A stretch of 62,328 nt of DNA from a virus (Duplodnaviria > Caudoviricetes), in IMG/VR virus record IMGVR_UViG_3300028024_000186, positions 1 through 62,328 of that record. The stretch is one strand, 5' to 3'. Every line of letters begins with the position of its first letter. Positions within the stretch are counted from its first letter, which is position 1. Made by a program: the position numbers and the translations under genes. The notes beneath the pieces were generated by a model. That model was not told where the DNA came from. It saw nothing but the letters and a program-made list of their open reading frames with translations, and searched no databases. Positions 18,340 to 27,462 of the stretch are shown here, piece after piece.

Positions 18340-18696
18340 TTAGGGGTTCCGCGATGGCCCGGCCACCGATCCCCCAAGCACCTGCGCAAGGTTCTGCAGG
18401 TCTGCAAGCAGCTGCTGCGTGGACCGAATGCATGCCTCAACCGCAGCTCGCTGATCGAAAGCAGGGCTGCCTTGTTCGTAAGGCTCTCCAATCCCATTCG
18501 CCAGCCACTCTGCTGACACGCCAAGGGCTCGTGCAATCGCAGTCGTGTGCTTGCTTCCCTTCGCATTGCGGTCAGGGCTGCATAGGTGCTGGATGGACTG
18601 CGGACGAATGCCGACCCGCGACGCAAGCGCGCGACCGGAGGTTGGCGGCTGCGTCTGCGCCATTGCCCAACGGAGCCGTTCGCCAAAGGTGTACAT
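18340..18696 (-). CDS. Second CI-like XRE HTH protein, convergent with cro
   Basis: TFGERLRWAM..GRALASRVGIRPQSIQHL..AIARALGVSAEWLANG. Confidence 0.75.
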   Translation of the reverse strand: MYTFGERLRWAMAQTQPPTSGRALASRVGIRPQSIQHLCSPDRNAKGSKHTTAIARALGVSAEWLANGIGEPYEQGSPAFDQRAAVEACIRSTQQLLADLQNLAQVLGGSVAGPSRNP

Positions 18697-18817
18697 GCGC
18701 CCGAGTTTGTCACCGGACCTATGCAGGTTTGTCTGCTTTTTCGTATCAGACGGCTCTGTCGCTTGCGACGGGCCAGTGCCGTACCCCGCCGCGAGGTTGA
18801 CCCGCTCGCGGCTTCCT

Positions 18818-18844
18818 CCCCGCGTCTTGGCGCGGGGGCTTTTT
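18818..18844 (+). terminator. tR1-like terminator
   Basis: ccccgcgt-ctt-ggcgcggggg-cttttt. Confidence 0.6.
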
Positions 18845-18993
18845 ATACCCGTTGCTCGATAGCCAGATGACCCCGATCCAGATTCCAGCGAATGCAGCAC
18901 CGCGGACTGCGAGGCAGATGGCCTTCGAGCTTGCGCAAGGGCTGTCCGCCATGTGCGGCCGGCACCAAGCAGGGCAGGGAGGTCAGGCGCCAT

Positions 18994-19290
18994 TTACAGC
19001 GCGCCGGCCTGCAGTAGTTCGAGGTGTTCGCCGACTTCCGCGAGCGCTTCGGCAGTTTCGTCCAGCAGCATCGCGTGCTCAGACGGATGCAGATTTCCTT
19101 CGTGGACGGACTCGCGCATGGATTCCAGGTGCTCCCGCACAAGGCGGGGCGCGTCATCACCATGCCGGTCCGAGTAGAGACGCAGCACGAGCTGCCGCAC
19201 GAGGAAAAGTTGCAACCGCAGGTTTCGATCTTCGAGATCGCGTGCGCTCAGTGGCATGGCCTTTTGGCTCGCTGCGTGCTGCTGTTCCAT
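18994..19290 (-). CDS. Hypothetical protein antisense to the pR operon
   Basis: AAAGGAG RBS; helical 98-aa product. Confidence 0.6.
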   Translation of the reverse strand: MEQQHAASQKAMPLSARDLEDRNLRLQLFLVRQLVLRLYSDRHGDDAPRLVREHLESMRESVHEGNLHPSEHAMLLDETAEALAEVGEHLELLQAGAL

Positions 19291-19322
19291 CCACCACTCC
19301 TTTTTGATGATCCGGGGATCAG

Positions 19323-19589
19323 ATGCACGAACTTGACGAGATGCTTATGGCCCGAGCCCCCTACACGCATCCACTTGGAAAGCTGACGCATGAGTCGAGA
19401 ACGCTTCTGCCGGAGTGCGTCGGCGAAAAGCTCGTGACCACGGCGGCAAGCCTGGGCATGACCGAGGCGGAATTGACCCGCGACATCCTTTGCCAGTGGG
19501 GCTTCGGTGACCTCATGGACAAGATAGCGCAGGAACGGCGCCGAATCACTGCGGTGAAACCGGCAGGAATCGGCATCCAGGAAAAGTAA
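19323..19589 (+). CDS. CII-like / ribbon-helix-helix-like regulator
   Basis: Position between cro and the replication genes; AASLGMTEAELTRDIL. Confidence 0.55.
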   Translation: MHELDEMLMARAPYTHPLGKLTHESRTLLPECVGEKLVTTAASLGMTEAELTRDILCQWGFGDLMDKIAQERRRITAVKPAGIGIQEK

Positions 19590-19654
19590 GGCGCCGCGAG
19601 GCACGCAAAAACACCACGGCGCCGGGCGCGCCACTACATCCGGGGGCGGAAAGA

Positions 19655-19882
19655 ATGGAACAGATCAGGTCGCGGGCAGCGATTCGAGAAGAGGGTGCGC
19701 AGGCCGCGCGCGAGGGTAAGCCGTTCGATGCATGCCCATCGATATACGGCGATGAGGCGGCGCTGGAATGGAAGGCCGGGTACCTGCACGCGCAGACTCG
19801 GGCGGGCCGCGAAGAACTCAGGACGCAGCAGGGGCGGCAACTGGCTGCGATGCTCGAGCGGGCCGACAGGGTGGCGGCATGA
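19655..19882 (+). CDS. Rmf/CrpP-like small protein
   Basis: EGAQAAREGK..DACP....WKAGY pattern. Confidence 0.65.
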   Translation: MEQIRSRAAIREEGAQAAREGKPFDACPSIYGDEAALEWKAGYLHAQTRAGREELRTQQGRQLAAMLERADRVAA

Positions 19883-20178
19883 AGGTCTATATCGCCGGCC
19901 CGATGACGGGCATTCCGAACCTGAATTTTCCCGCCTTTCACGAGGCTGCCAGCCGACTACGCGCAGAAGGGCACTACGTCGTGAATCCGGCTGAGATCAA
20001 TGTCGACCCCAGCGCGGGATGGCTCGAATGCATGCGCGCTGACATCCGTGAACTGGTCACGTGCGAGGCGATCTTTCTCCTCCCTGGCTGGGAGTTGTCG
20101 CGAGGTGCGACGCTGGAGCGCCATATCGCGGAGCGATTGGGCTTCGTCATTCTGGCCGACGATGAGGTGTCAGCATGA
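19879..20178 (+). CDS. DUF4406 (nucleoside deoxyribosyltransferase-like) protein
   Basis: VYIAGPMTG..NFPAF, VNPAE and LPGWELSRGATLE motifs. Confidence 0.88.
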   Translation: MKVYIAGPMTGIPNLNFPAFHEAASRLRAEGHYVVNPAEINVDPSAGWLECMRADIRELVTCEAIFLLPGWELSRGATLERHIAERLGFVILADDEVSA

Positions 20179-20257
20179 TCACGGGCCGCACGATTCACCC
20201 TATCCGTCGTCAGGCGCCGCATTCGCAGGGGGTGCCGTTCTGATGCTAGGACAACCT

Positions 20258-20527
20258 CTATGGCCGACGGCGAGGCCTTCCGAAATAGGATTTGCTGAGG
20301 TCGATTTCGAATTCCATCGTCCAACTGGTTCCTGGGCCGGCAATGTAGTCTTTGGTGATGCGGCGAGTTACTTTTACCGTTCTGTCGATGGGCCCGGAAC
20401 CACCTTCGGGATAAATTTCTTCGCACTCCACCTGGAAATCCCCCGCTTTAAAGCCGTGTTTCCCGCATACATCCTCAAATTTCTGACGCTCGTCTTGGGG
20501 AAGGGATTCGTATGGAAATTTGCTCAT
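20258..20527 (-). CDS. Hypothetical protein antisense to the pR operon
   Basis: AAGGAG RBS; AT-richer; MSKFPYESLPQDERQKF... Confidence 0.6.
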   Translation of the reverse strand: MSKFPYESLPQDERQKFEDVCGKHGFKAGDFQVECEEIYPEGGSGPIDRTVKVTRRITKDYIAGPGTSWTMEFEIDLSKSYFGRPRRRP

Positions 20528-20558
20528 GGCCGCTCCTTGTTGGCGGGGAAATCCTAGC

Positions 20559-20990
20559 ATGTTGTCCCGTCGAAACCCAATGAAACGTGGCATGCCGCTG
20601 GTGCGTCGCACGCCGCTGCGCTCCACGACTTGGCTTAAGCAGACCGCCGGCTTGGTGCCCAGCCCCGTCAAGAAGAAGTCCCGCAAGAAGCCGCGCAAGG
20701 CGGAGCGGGACTATCTCGGGCACGTCGCCTCGCTCGGCTGCGCCGTTTGCCGGCGGCTGGGCCTGGGTGCCACGCCAGCGGAGGTCCACCACCCGCGCAA
20801 GGGAACTGGCATGGCGCAGCGCGCGCCGCACCGTGACGCGATTCCACTTTGCACCGAACACCACCGCGGCGACACCGGCGTGCATGGGCTCGGCGTGAAG
20901 CGTTTCGCCCTGGTCTATGGCTTCGATGAGGCCGACCTGACGGCGGAGACGCAGGCACTGCTGATTGCCCATCTACCACCGGTCGCCTAG
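20559..20990 (+). CDS. Ref/DUF968-like HNH nuclease
   Basis: Basic N-terminus, CAVC, EVHH and IPLCTEHHRG. Confidence 0.85.
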   Translation: MLSRRNPMKRGMPLVRRTPLRSTTWLKQTAGLVPSPVKKKSRKKPRKAERDYLGHVASLGCAVCRRLGLGATPAEVHHPRKGTGMAQRAPHRDAIPLCTEHHRGDTGVHGLGVKRFALVYGFDEADLTAETQALLIAHLPPVA

Positions 20991-21014
20991 AGCGCACAAA
21001 CAGGAGAAATCACA

Positions 21015-21875
21015 ATGGCAAAGAATTCTATCGACGCCTATAGCGCGTCAGGCAAGACGAACCTGCTGTTCTTCGATCCGGACGTGCTGGTGCTGGTCAC
21101 GGACAAGGCGTCTCCGCTGTACGACGAGCGCGTGCACCTGCCGGTGGACGAGAACCTGGCTCGGAACATCGACTACCAGGGCGTGCTGCAGCCCATCGCG
21201 ATCAGCAAGAACCCGGAAACGGGGGAGGTGGAGGTAGCGATGGGCCGCCAGCGGACCAAGGCGGCGCGCCTGGCGAACGAGTGGCGTCGTGCCCGCGGTG
21301 TGGAGCCGATCCTGATTCCGGGATTCGTCCACCGTGGCGAACGAAGCAACGCGCTCGATGTGATCATCGGCGAGAACGAACTGCGCCAGTCAGACACCCC
21401 CATCGGCCGCGCGGTGAAGATGCGCAATGCCATGGCACTGGGGCGCAGTGAAGAGCAGATTGCCATGCTGTTCGGCGTCACGCTACAGACCGTCAAGGCC
21501 ACGCTGGCCCTGCTGGACTGCTGCGCTGCGGTGCAGGAAGCGGTGGAGCAGAACCAAATCAGCGTCACCCACGCGCGCCAGCTGGTGAAGCTCGCGCCCG
21601 ATGAACAGCGGGTCAAGGTCAAGGAACTGGTCCAGGCCGGCAGCGACAAGCCGGCGCACGCCCGGGCGGCCGCGCAACGCGAGGTGATGGGCGATGCCGC
21701 ACCGCGCATGAAGACCCGCAAGCAGGTGCTGGCGGAGCTGGAGAAGGCTACCGGCGAGCGCGCGGAGGCGCTGCGCTGGGTGCTGGGCATGGATGCGGCC
21801 GAGGCGCTTCCTGGGCTCCCGGCAGCCGTGGCAGCGGTCGAGTCGTTCGATGCCGCGGTCGCTGAGGCTGTCTAG
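21015..21875 (+). CDS. ParB-like domain protein
   Basis: GVLQPI..GRQR..A, ENELR and a following HTH. Confidence 0.8.
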   Translation: MAKNSIDAYSASGKTNLLFFDPDVLVLVTDKASPLYDERVHLPVDENLARNIDYQGVLQPIAISKNPETGEVEVAMGRQRTKAARLANEWRRARGVEPILIPGFVHRGERSNALDVIIGENELRQSDTPIGRAVKMRNAMALGRSEEQIAMLFGVTLQTVKATLALLDCCAAVQEAVEQNQISVTHARQLVKLAPDEQRVKVKELVQAGSDKPAHARAAAQREVMGDAAPRMKTRKQVLAELEKATGERAEALRWVLGMDAAEALPGLPAAVAAVESFDAAVAEAV

Positions 21876-21925
21876 GAGCTGGCGACCATGATGAATGCGA
21901 TGCCGGCCCAGCGGGGAGGTTCTGC

Positions 21926-22903
21926 GTGACCGCTCCGGACCCTCTCACGCCGGCTGACTGCGACTTGAAGGATTTTCCCTTCATGCCGCTCGATGTCTCG
22001 CGCCTGCGCGATTCGGAACTGGCATCCAACGAGACGCCGGAGGCTTGCTGGGCGGCCGTGCTGCTCTGGTCTGCATCCTGGCACCAGGTGCCTGCCGGTT
22101 CCATGCCGAACGATGAGATGTGGATTGCCACGCAGGCGCGCTACGCGATCCGCGGGAAGATCGACAAGGCATGGAAGGATGTCCGGGCTGGCGCGCTGAG
22201 AGGCTGGGTGGAATGTACCGATGGCCGCCTCTATCACCCAGTTGTGGCCGAGAAGGCCCGTGACGCATGGAAGGCCAAGTTGGAGCAACGGTGGCGCACC
22301 GAGTGCAGCCGGATCAAGAAGCACAACGACCGTCACGAAGGCGCCAATGTGCCGAAGCCCACCTTCGATGAGTGGATGTCTCTCGGTTGTCCCCAGGGAC
22401 AGCCACTGTTTGTCCCCAGGGACAAAGCTGGAAATTCAGAGGACAAGCCCAGGGACAACGCCTCCAAGAGACAGGGAGAGGGACAGGGACAGGGAGACTC
22501 TAATTCCGTTCCTGACGGAACGGACGCTGGGGCGTCGCTGCCCGTTGACGGGGGCGTCCCGAAGCCAAAGCCGGAGAAGACGCCGGAGGAACTGGCGAAG
22601 GCCGAACTTTGGCGAGCGGCCGTCTCCGTGCTCGAGCAAGGCGGCTGCCCGCCGTCCCAATGCCGGACCTTCATGGGGAAGCTGGTGCAGGACTACGGCT
22701 TCCCTGTCGTCAAGGATGCGGTGGCGGCGGCCGTCACGGAGCAGCCGGCCGACGCCCGCGAGTACTTGAAGGCGTGCTGCCAGCGCATGAGCGGCGAGCG
22801 CGCCCCAGCCATGCGCCGGGGAGGCGCGCTGCTCGACAACGATGCCGAGAACGCAAAGGCAAAGGCTATGCTCTTCGGCGCAGCGGAGGTGATCGATGTT
22901 TGA
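21926..22903 (+). CDS. Replication initiator (DUF1376/YdaU-like)
   Basis: FPFMPLDVSRL, LLWSASWHQVPAGS and DGRLYH motifs; internal iterons. Confidence 0.85.
   Translation: MTAPDPLTPADCDLKDFPFMPLDVSRLRDSELASNETPEACWAAVLLWSASWHQVPAGSMPNDEMWIATQARYAIRGKIDKAWKDVRAGALRGWVECTDGRLYHPVVAEKARDAWKAKLEQRWRTECSRIKKHNDRHEGANVPKPTFDEWMSLGCPQGQPLFVPRDKAGNSEDKPRDNASKRQGEGQGQGDSNSVPDGTDAGASLPVDGGVPKPKPEKTPEELAKAELWRAAVSVLEQGGCPPSQCRTFMGKLVQDYGFPVVKDAVAAAVTEQPADAREYLKACCQRMSGERAPAMRRGGALLDNDAENAKAKAMLFGAAEVIDV
22387..22499. repeat. Probable replication origin iterons
   Basis: Palindromic TGTCCC-CA-GGGACA at 22388 and 22411, a partial copy at 22448 and a GGGACA run to about 22499, inside the initiator gene as in lambda O. 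Confidence 0.75.
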
Positions 22904-23630
22904 AACCGACTATGACGAGTTCGCGGCGCTGCTGGATGCCGTCTACGCGCTGCACGGCAAGGCGCTGCCAGCCGCGGCGAAGGCGATCTTCTTCCGGGCG
23001 ATGTCTCGATACCCGCTCAAGGTGGTGCGCGCGGCCATCGACGGCCAAGTGCGAGATGCGCAGCGTGGGCAATACCCGCCGAAGCCTGCAGACCTGATTG
23101 CGCAGATCGAGGGCGCGGCCGCCAACGATGGCCGGCCAGGTGACGATGAGGCGTGGGCGTGGGCACTCACCAGCATGGATGAGGCGGAGACGGTCATGAC
23201 GACGCCGGAGATCATGGCCGCCTTCGCCATCGCCCGGCCGGTGCTGGATAGCGGGGACAAGATTGGGGCGCGGATGGCATTCAAGGATGTCTACCAGCGT
23301 CTGGTGGCCGAAGCGCGCGCGGCGGGCCGGCCGGCAGAGTGGAATGTGTCGCTGGGCTGGGACCCGGAGAAACGCGATGGGGTGGTGACGAAAGCTGTGG
23401 CCGCCGGGCTTCTGCCGGCGCCGACCGTTGCAGTTCAGTTGTCGGCGCCCGCGCGGGCCGAGCCCGAGGGCCTGGAGAAACTACGCGCGGCCGTGGCCAA
23501 CCTGTTGCCGGCATCGGAGCGGCTGCGCCGGGTGCAGGAACGACGCAACGCGCGGGACCGCGAGCGCACCGAGCAGGCGAAGCGCGACGCGGACGCGATG
23601 GTGCGCGAATACGAGGCGGAGCAGTCATGA
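22896..23630 (+). CDS. Putative helicase loader / replication protein
   Basis: Follows the initiator; PPKPADL, DEAW and ARMAFKDVY motifs. Confidence 0.7.
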   Translation: MFETDYDEFAALLDAVYALHGKALPAAAKAIFFRAMSRYPLKVVRAAIDGQVRDAQRGQYPPKPADLIAQIEGAAANDGRPGDDEAWAWALTSMDEAETVMTTPEIMAAFAIARPVLDSGDKIGARMAFKDVYQRLVAEARAAGRPAEWNVSLGWDPEKRDGVVTKAVAAGLLPAPTVAVQLSAPARAEPEGLEKLRAAVANLLPASERLRRVQERRNARDRERTEQAKRDADAMVREYEAEQS

Positions 23631-23866
23631 CCGTCACCTGCATCACCTGCGCCAATTTCACCATGAAGCCCCGCACTGGCCCTGCGGAAGCCCATCTCAC
23701 AGAAAGCGACATCGTGCATGCCAAGGTTGGCATGGGCAGATGCGAACTGGAGACGCTGACATTGAGGTGGACTGCAGCAGAAACCGAACTGGAGTGCGGC
23801 AAGCACGTTGCTGTGACGGAAGAACAGGCGGCGGCGCGCCGCGAATGGATTAGGAGCAAGGCATGA
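23627..23866 (+). CDS. Small Cys-containing hypothetical protein
   Basis: CITC...C...C; ATGA coupling. Confidence 0.6.
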   Translation: MTVTCITCANFTMKPRTGPAEAHLTESDIVHAKVGMGRCELETLTLRWTAAETELECGKHVAVTEEQAAARREWIRSKA

Positions 23867-24762
23867 CCTGGACGCATGATGGCCTAGCTGAGGACCTGGC
23901 TGCACATCTCCGCAGCAACACCGACCGCATGGTCTGGACGGACATGCAGCTCGGGGCCGTGCATAGCAGCCGGCCGGATGTCTATGCGCTGCCGAAGAGT
24001 TACAGCCGCTTCCAGCCAATTGCTTACGAGTGCAAGGTATCGATGTCCGATTTTCGCTCGGATGTGACCAAGGGCAAGTACACCGACTATCTCGCGTTTG
24101 CCAGTGGAGTGGTGTTTGCGTGCCCGGCCGGCCTGCTCAAGAAAGAGGATGTCCCACACGGGGCGGGGTTGATGGTTCGAGGCCCCGATGGGTGGCGGTC
24201 GCTCAAGAAGCCGGCATTGATCAAATGCGACACGCTGCCGCGCGATGCGTGGATGAAGTTGCTGATTGACGGCGCGCGCCGTGACATCCAGCGGCAGGAA
24301 CTGCAAAAGGATCGCGCGTGGCGGTCGCTCAACGAGTATCAGACGCTAGAAAAAATCCGCGCCGAGTTTGGGGCAGTGGTTGCGGCTGCGATCAGCGACC
24401 ACCGAAACGGGACCACTCATCGGCTGGCCAGCCTCAAGGTCGAGATCATGAAGCAGACGGCGATGCTGGAGGCCGACTTAGCGCACATCGAGGAAAAGCG
24501 CCGAGCAGCGCGCAAGCGAGTTGACGATCAATGTTCGGAGCTGCTGTCCGCACTTGCCGCAGTCGTCGGCATGGAGCCGGATGCTGGTCAAGTGTACGAG
24601 ATGGGCGCGCGCCTGCGGGGCATGATCGCACTGGCGCAAGCCGATACCACGGTGAAGGAACTGCGCAGGATCATCCGTGGGATGCAGCTCGGTTTCAATC
24701 AATTTCGAGAAGCCGAGGCGATCATCGATGCGGGACAAGCCGGCGAGAAGGCGGCTGCATGA
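23863..24762 (+). CDS. MmcB-like PD-(D/E)XK nuclease with a coiled-coil tail
   Basis: RPDV...YECKVSMSDFRSD..K. Confidence 0.75.
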   Translation: MTWTHDGLAEDLAAHLRSNTDRMVWTDMQLGAVHSSRPDVYALPKSYSRFQPIAYECKVSMSDFRSDVTKGKYTDYLAFASGVVFACPAGLLKKEDVPHGAGLMVRGPDGWRSLKKPALIKCDTLPRDAWMKLLIDGARRDIQRQELQKDRAWRSLNEYQTLEKIRAEFGAVVAAAISDHRNGTTHRLASLKVEIMKQTAMLEADLAHIEEKRRAARKRVDDQCSELLSALAAVVGMEPDAGQVYEMGARLRGMIALAQADTTVKELRRIIRGMQLGFNQFREAEAIIDAGQAGEKAAA

Positions 24763-25199
24763 GCACGGCGATTCGCTGGACACCCGAGCAACTGGCCGCA
24801 CATCGCGCCCGCGCGCCGCAGCGACAGGCGGCACCGGCCAGGGTCGATCCGATGGCGCGCTTCCACGCGCTAGGGCGCCTACCCAAGGACGCGATGAACA
24901 AGACCGAGCGCGCCTATTCCGTCCTGTTGGATGAGGAAAAGCGCCGCGGCGAGGTGATCGACTGGAAGTTTCACGCGATGCGCGTGCGGCTGGCCGACAA
25001 CACGTTCTACGAAGTGGATTTTCTGGTGCTGCACTCGGACATGCGGCTGGCCATCCATGAAACGAAGGGCGGGTACACCACCGACAAAGGCCAGTTGAAG
25101 ATCAAGTTGTGCGCGGAGGTATTGCCGTACTTCCGCATGGTGAAGGCGACGAAACTGCCGGCCAAGCAGGGCGGGGGCTGGAAGAGGGAGGAATTCTGA
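24759..25199 (+). CDS. PD-(D/E)XK nuclease (DUF1064-like)
   Basis: MNKTE..Y, YEVDF and HETKG motifs. Confidence 0.75.
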   Translation: MSTAIRWTPEQLAAHRARAPQRQAAPARVDPMARFHALGRLPKDAMNKTERAYSVLLDEEKRRGEVIDWKFHAMRVRLADNTFYEVDFLVLHSDMRLAIHETKGGYTTDKGQLKIKLCAEVLPYFRMVKATKLPAKQGGGWKREEF

Positions 25200-25272
25200 T
25201 AGATGACGTCATGAATGCATTTGTGCTGGCCGTTGTGATCGCGATGGTGGCGGTCTCGGTGGGGTTCGCGCG

Positions 25273-25359
25273 ATGAAGTGTGCGAACTGCGGTAGCGCCA
25301 ACCACACGGCGCCGAATTGCCCTTGGACCCGCTGCGTGCGGATTGCGAGGCCGGTATGA
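25273..25359 (+). CDS. 28-aa CCHC zinc-knuckle peptide
   Basis: MKCANCGSANHTAPNCPW...; ATGA overlaps at both ends. Confidence 0.55.
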   Translation: MKCANCGSANHTAPNCPWTRCVRIARPV

Positions 25360-25649
25360 ACTGTAAGCCGGGAGATATGGCATACATCGTCAACAGCCGG
25401 CTATATGGCGGGCGCGTTGTGGAGGTGCTTTACGCAGCCCCGATAGGAGTGAAATTCCGCCTGCCTGATGGCGCTATGCAGGTGCCGCAATATTACGACT
25501 GGGTGTGCCGGTTCCCAACTCCAGTCGAGGCTCCGATGTCGAATGGTGCGACTCGAATGACTCACTTCGGAACCGTGCCAGATCGGAAGTTACGTCCCAT
25601 CGGCGGCGTTCCAGTCCACGATGAGCAGCACGACGAGGTGGTCGAATGA
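25356..25649 (+). CDS. Conserved phage hypothetical protein (NCKPGDMA...LRPI family)
   Basis: Motif recognition; ATGA coupling. Confidence 0.7.
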   Translation: MNCKPGDMAYIVNSRLYGGRVVEVLYAAPIGVKFRLPDGAMQVPQYYDWVCRFPTPVEAPMSNGATRMTHFGTVPDRKLRPIGGVPVHDEQHDEVVE

Positions 25650-25924
25650 GGCGCGCCATGAGCCGGAAGGAAATCCGGGAAATCATCAGCGACGCTGTGA
25701 TGTGCACCCCGTTTGATCCCGACCAGTTCAGGGAATTTGGGGCAGCACTAGTTGCGGCGGCGGGGCATCTCTGCGTCGCCGCGCTATGCATCATCCGCCT
25801 TGCTTGCCGGGTCATGCGCTTCGCTATCGCCCCGATCTCGATCGCAGTCATTTCCGCCTACTACCGCCGAAAGAGGGCTGCGAGGATTCTGGCGAATCGG
25901 CGCGCGCGAATGGAGAGAGGGTGA
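25646..25924 (+). CDS. Hypothetical membrane protein
   Basis: Coupled ORF with hydrophobic segments. Confidence 0.5.
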   Translation: MRRAMSRKEIREIISDAVMCTPFDPDQFREFGAALVAAAGHLCVAALCIIRLACRVMRFAIAPISIAVISAYYRRKRAARILANRRARMERG

Positions 25925-26436
25925 TGGCCGGCACGAAGAAGCCCCGCAAGGCCCATCGCCCGCGCGAGATCCGCAACGACATCCCGGCGTTGCTGTTCGA
26001 GAGCGATCAGCCGTTGCCGGACCACCAGCGCGCCAGCATCCTGATCGCTGCCCATGCTTCGGTGTCCGCACTCGCGCGCGGCAGCGCCACGAAAGATGAC
26101 TGGCACACCATCGTCAACGCCATGAACGCATCTCAAGTCTTATGCGAAGGTGCTGGCAACAAGGAAGTGGGCTTGACCGTCGTCCACGCAGCCCAAAACG
26201 CCATGATCGAAGTCGGTGAGCGCTGCAAGCACATCGGCAGGTTGGGCGTCTCGGGCGATGGGTTGCGCGCGATCAACGAGGCAATGGCGCTTTACGAGCA
26301 GTTGCTGGAGACGGTGACGAAGCGGCAATTCACGACCGCAATCAAAGAGGCCGACCGCCGCATCAAGGCCGGCAATGTGGTGCGGTTGAAGCGCGAGGGA
26401 ACTCGCAGGATGAGCGCGGCCGGGCTGGCCGCGTAA
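25924..26436 (+). CDS. Hypothetical protein
   Basis: MAGTKKPRK start; TGATG coupling. Confidence 0.7.
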   Translation: MAGTKKPRKAHRPREIRNDIPALLFESDQPLPDHQRASILIAAHASVSALARGSATKDDWHTIVNAMNASQVLCEGAGNKEVGLTVVHAAQNAMIEVGERCKHIGRLGVSGDGLRAINEAMALYEQLLETVTKRQFTTAIKEADRRIKAGNVVRLKREGTRRMSAAGLAA

Positions 26437-26451
26437 CCAAGGAGAAATGAA

Positions 26452-26955
26452 ATGTCTGCGCAAATCGAAATGCCGAAGTACAAGTGCCACAAGGAAGTGT
26501 GGGCGCTGAAGATCGCGGAGGTGCTGGACCCTGCCGCTGCATCTGGAAACGAGAGCGACGGAAGTCGCATCTTGATCTTCGAGGACAAGGCATATGCGCC
26601 CATCGCCATCGATGCGGGATACGTGCGTAAGCACAAGCCCGTAGAAGGCGGCTACCTCGTGGTTTATGAGGATGGTTATCGCAGTTTCTCTCCTGCCGAG
26701 GCCTTCGAGGGCGGCTACACGAAGATCGTCGGCAAGCCTGAGGTCATTGGCATCCCCGCATTTCCCTGTGCTGCCTTCTGGGTAACGGGCGTCCCGGAAT
26801 TCGATGATCTGGCACCGGCGGAGATGCTGGCAGGAGCACCGTTCCGTGAGCGTACCGAGCCCCTGACGAAGTTCCAGTGGGCTCACCTGCACAAGCCATT
26901 CCAAGAACGCTTCACGCGCGTCCGAGCGGAAATGGAGCGCGTCCAAGATGTCTGA
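26452..26955 (+). CDS. Hypothetical protein: GYLVVYEDGY-SFSP domain plus C-terminal extension (copy 1)
   Basis: AAGGAG RBS; first about 90 aa are duplicated at 30427. Confidence 0.8.
   Translation: MSAQIEMPKYKCHKEVWALKIAEVLDPAAASGNESDGSRILIFEDKAYAPIAIDAGYVRKHKPVEGGYLVVYEDGYRSFSPAEAFEGGYTKIVGKPEVIGIPAFPCAAFWVTGVPEFDDLAPAEMLAGAPFRERTEPLTKFQWAHLHKPFQERFTRVRAEMERVQDV
26463..26717 (+). repeat. 255-bp direct repeat, copy 1
   Basis: Identical to 30435-30689 except one base (26700 G versus 30672 T). Confidence 0.97.
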
Positions 26956-27289
26956 ACTCGATCAAATCGAGGCGTCCGCCCGCGCCGCCGGCTATGAGAC
27001 GCGCCGCTACCGCGTGCGTGAACTGGAGGTCGTTCATATCGGGGTGGGCGACCAGTGGGCGCTGTTCGACCCTCGCCGAAGCGACGTGGATGCCCTCAGG
27101 CTGATGGTCGACTGCCGCCTCAACGTCGGCGTGGGCGAGCGTAGGGTGACTGCCACCGCCTACCCCGGAGGTGTGGCGCTGACCGTCATCGAGGATGCCG
27201 GGGATAACCGCGCGGCAGCTACCCGCATCGCAATCACGCGCGCTGCCGAGGCTTTGTATCTGCACAGGCAGGCAAAGGGGCAAGCGTAA
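26948..27289 (+). CDS. Hypothetical protein
   Basis: FDPRRSDVDALRL...ATRIAITRAA phage motif. Confidence 0.7.
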   Translation: MSELDQIEASARAAGYETRRYRVRELEVVHIGVGDQWALFDPRRSDVDALRLMVDCRLNVGVGERRVTATAYPGGVALTVIEDAGDNRAAATRIAITRAAEALYLHRQAKGQA

Positions 27290-27462
27290 TGGAAGATGGT
27301 GATATGTACGGCGAGGGCGTCATGACGGTCGCGGCCGAATGGTTCGCGTGGCGCCCGGTCCGTCTCGGCGCCGGGCGCTGGGCATGGCTTCAGCGGGTGA
27401 GGAGGATCAGAACGAAGGCTTTGTGGCGCGAGTGCTGCACCACCTACCAGCCGATTGAGTGA
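27289..27462 (+). CDS. Small hypothetical protein (WFAWRPVR..GRWAWL family)
   Basis: Translated by hand; overlaps both neighbours. Confidence 0.55.
   Translation: MEDGDMYGEGVMTVAAEWFAWRPVRLGAGRWAWLQRVRRIRTKALWRECCTTYQPIE

Noticed and set aside
20023-25580. Additional CTCGAAT copies near 20023 and 25552 as late promoters
   Set aside because: Followed by G rather than W, no -10-like hexamer at 14 nt, and located mid-gene in the early region
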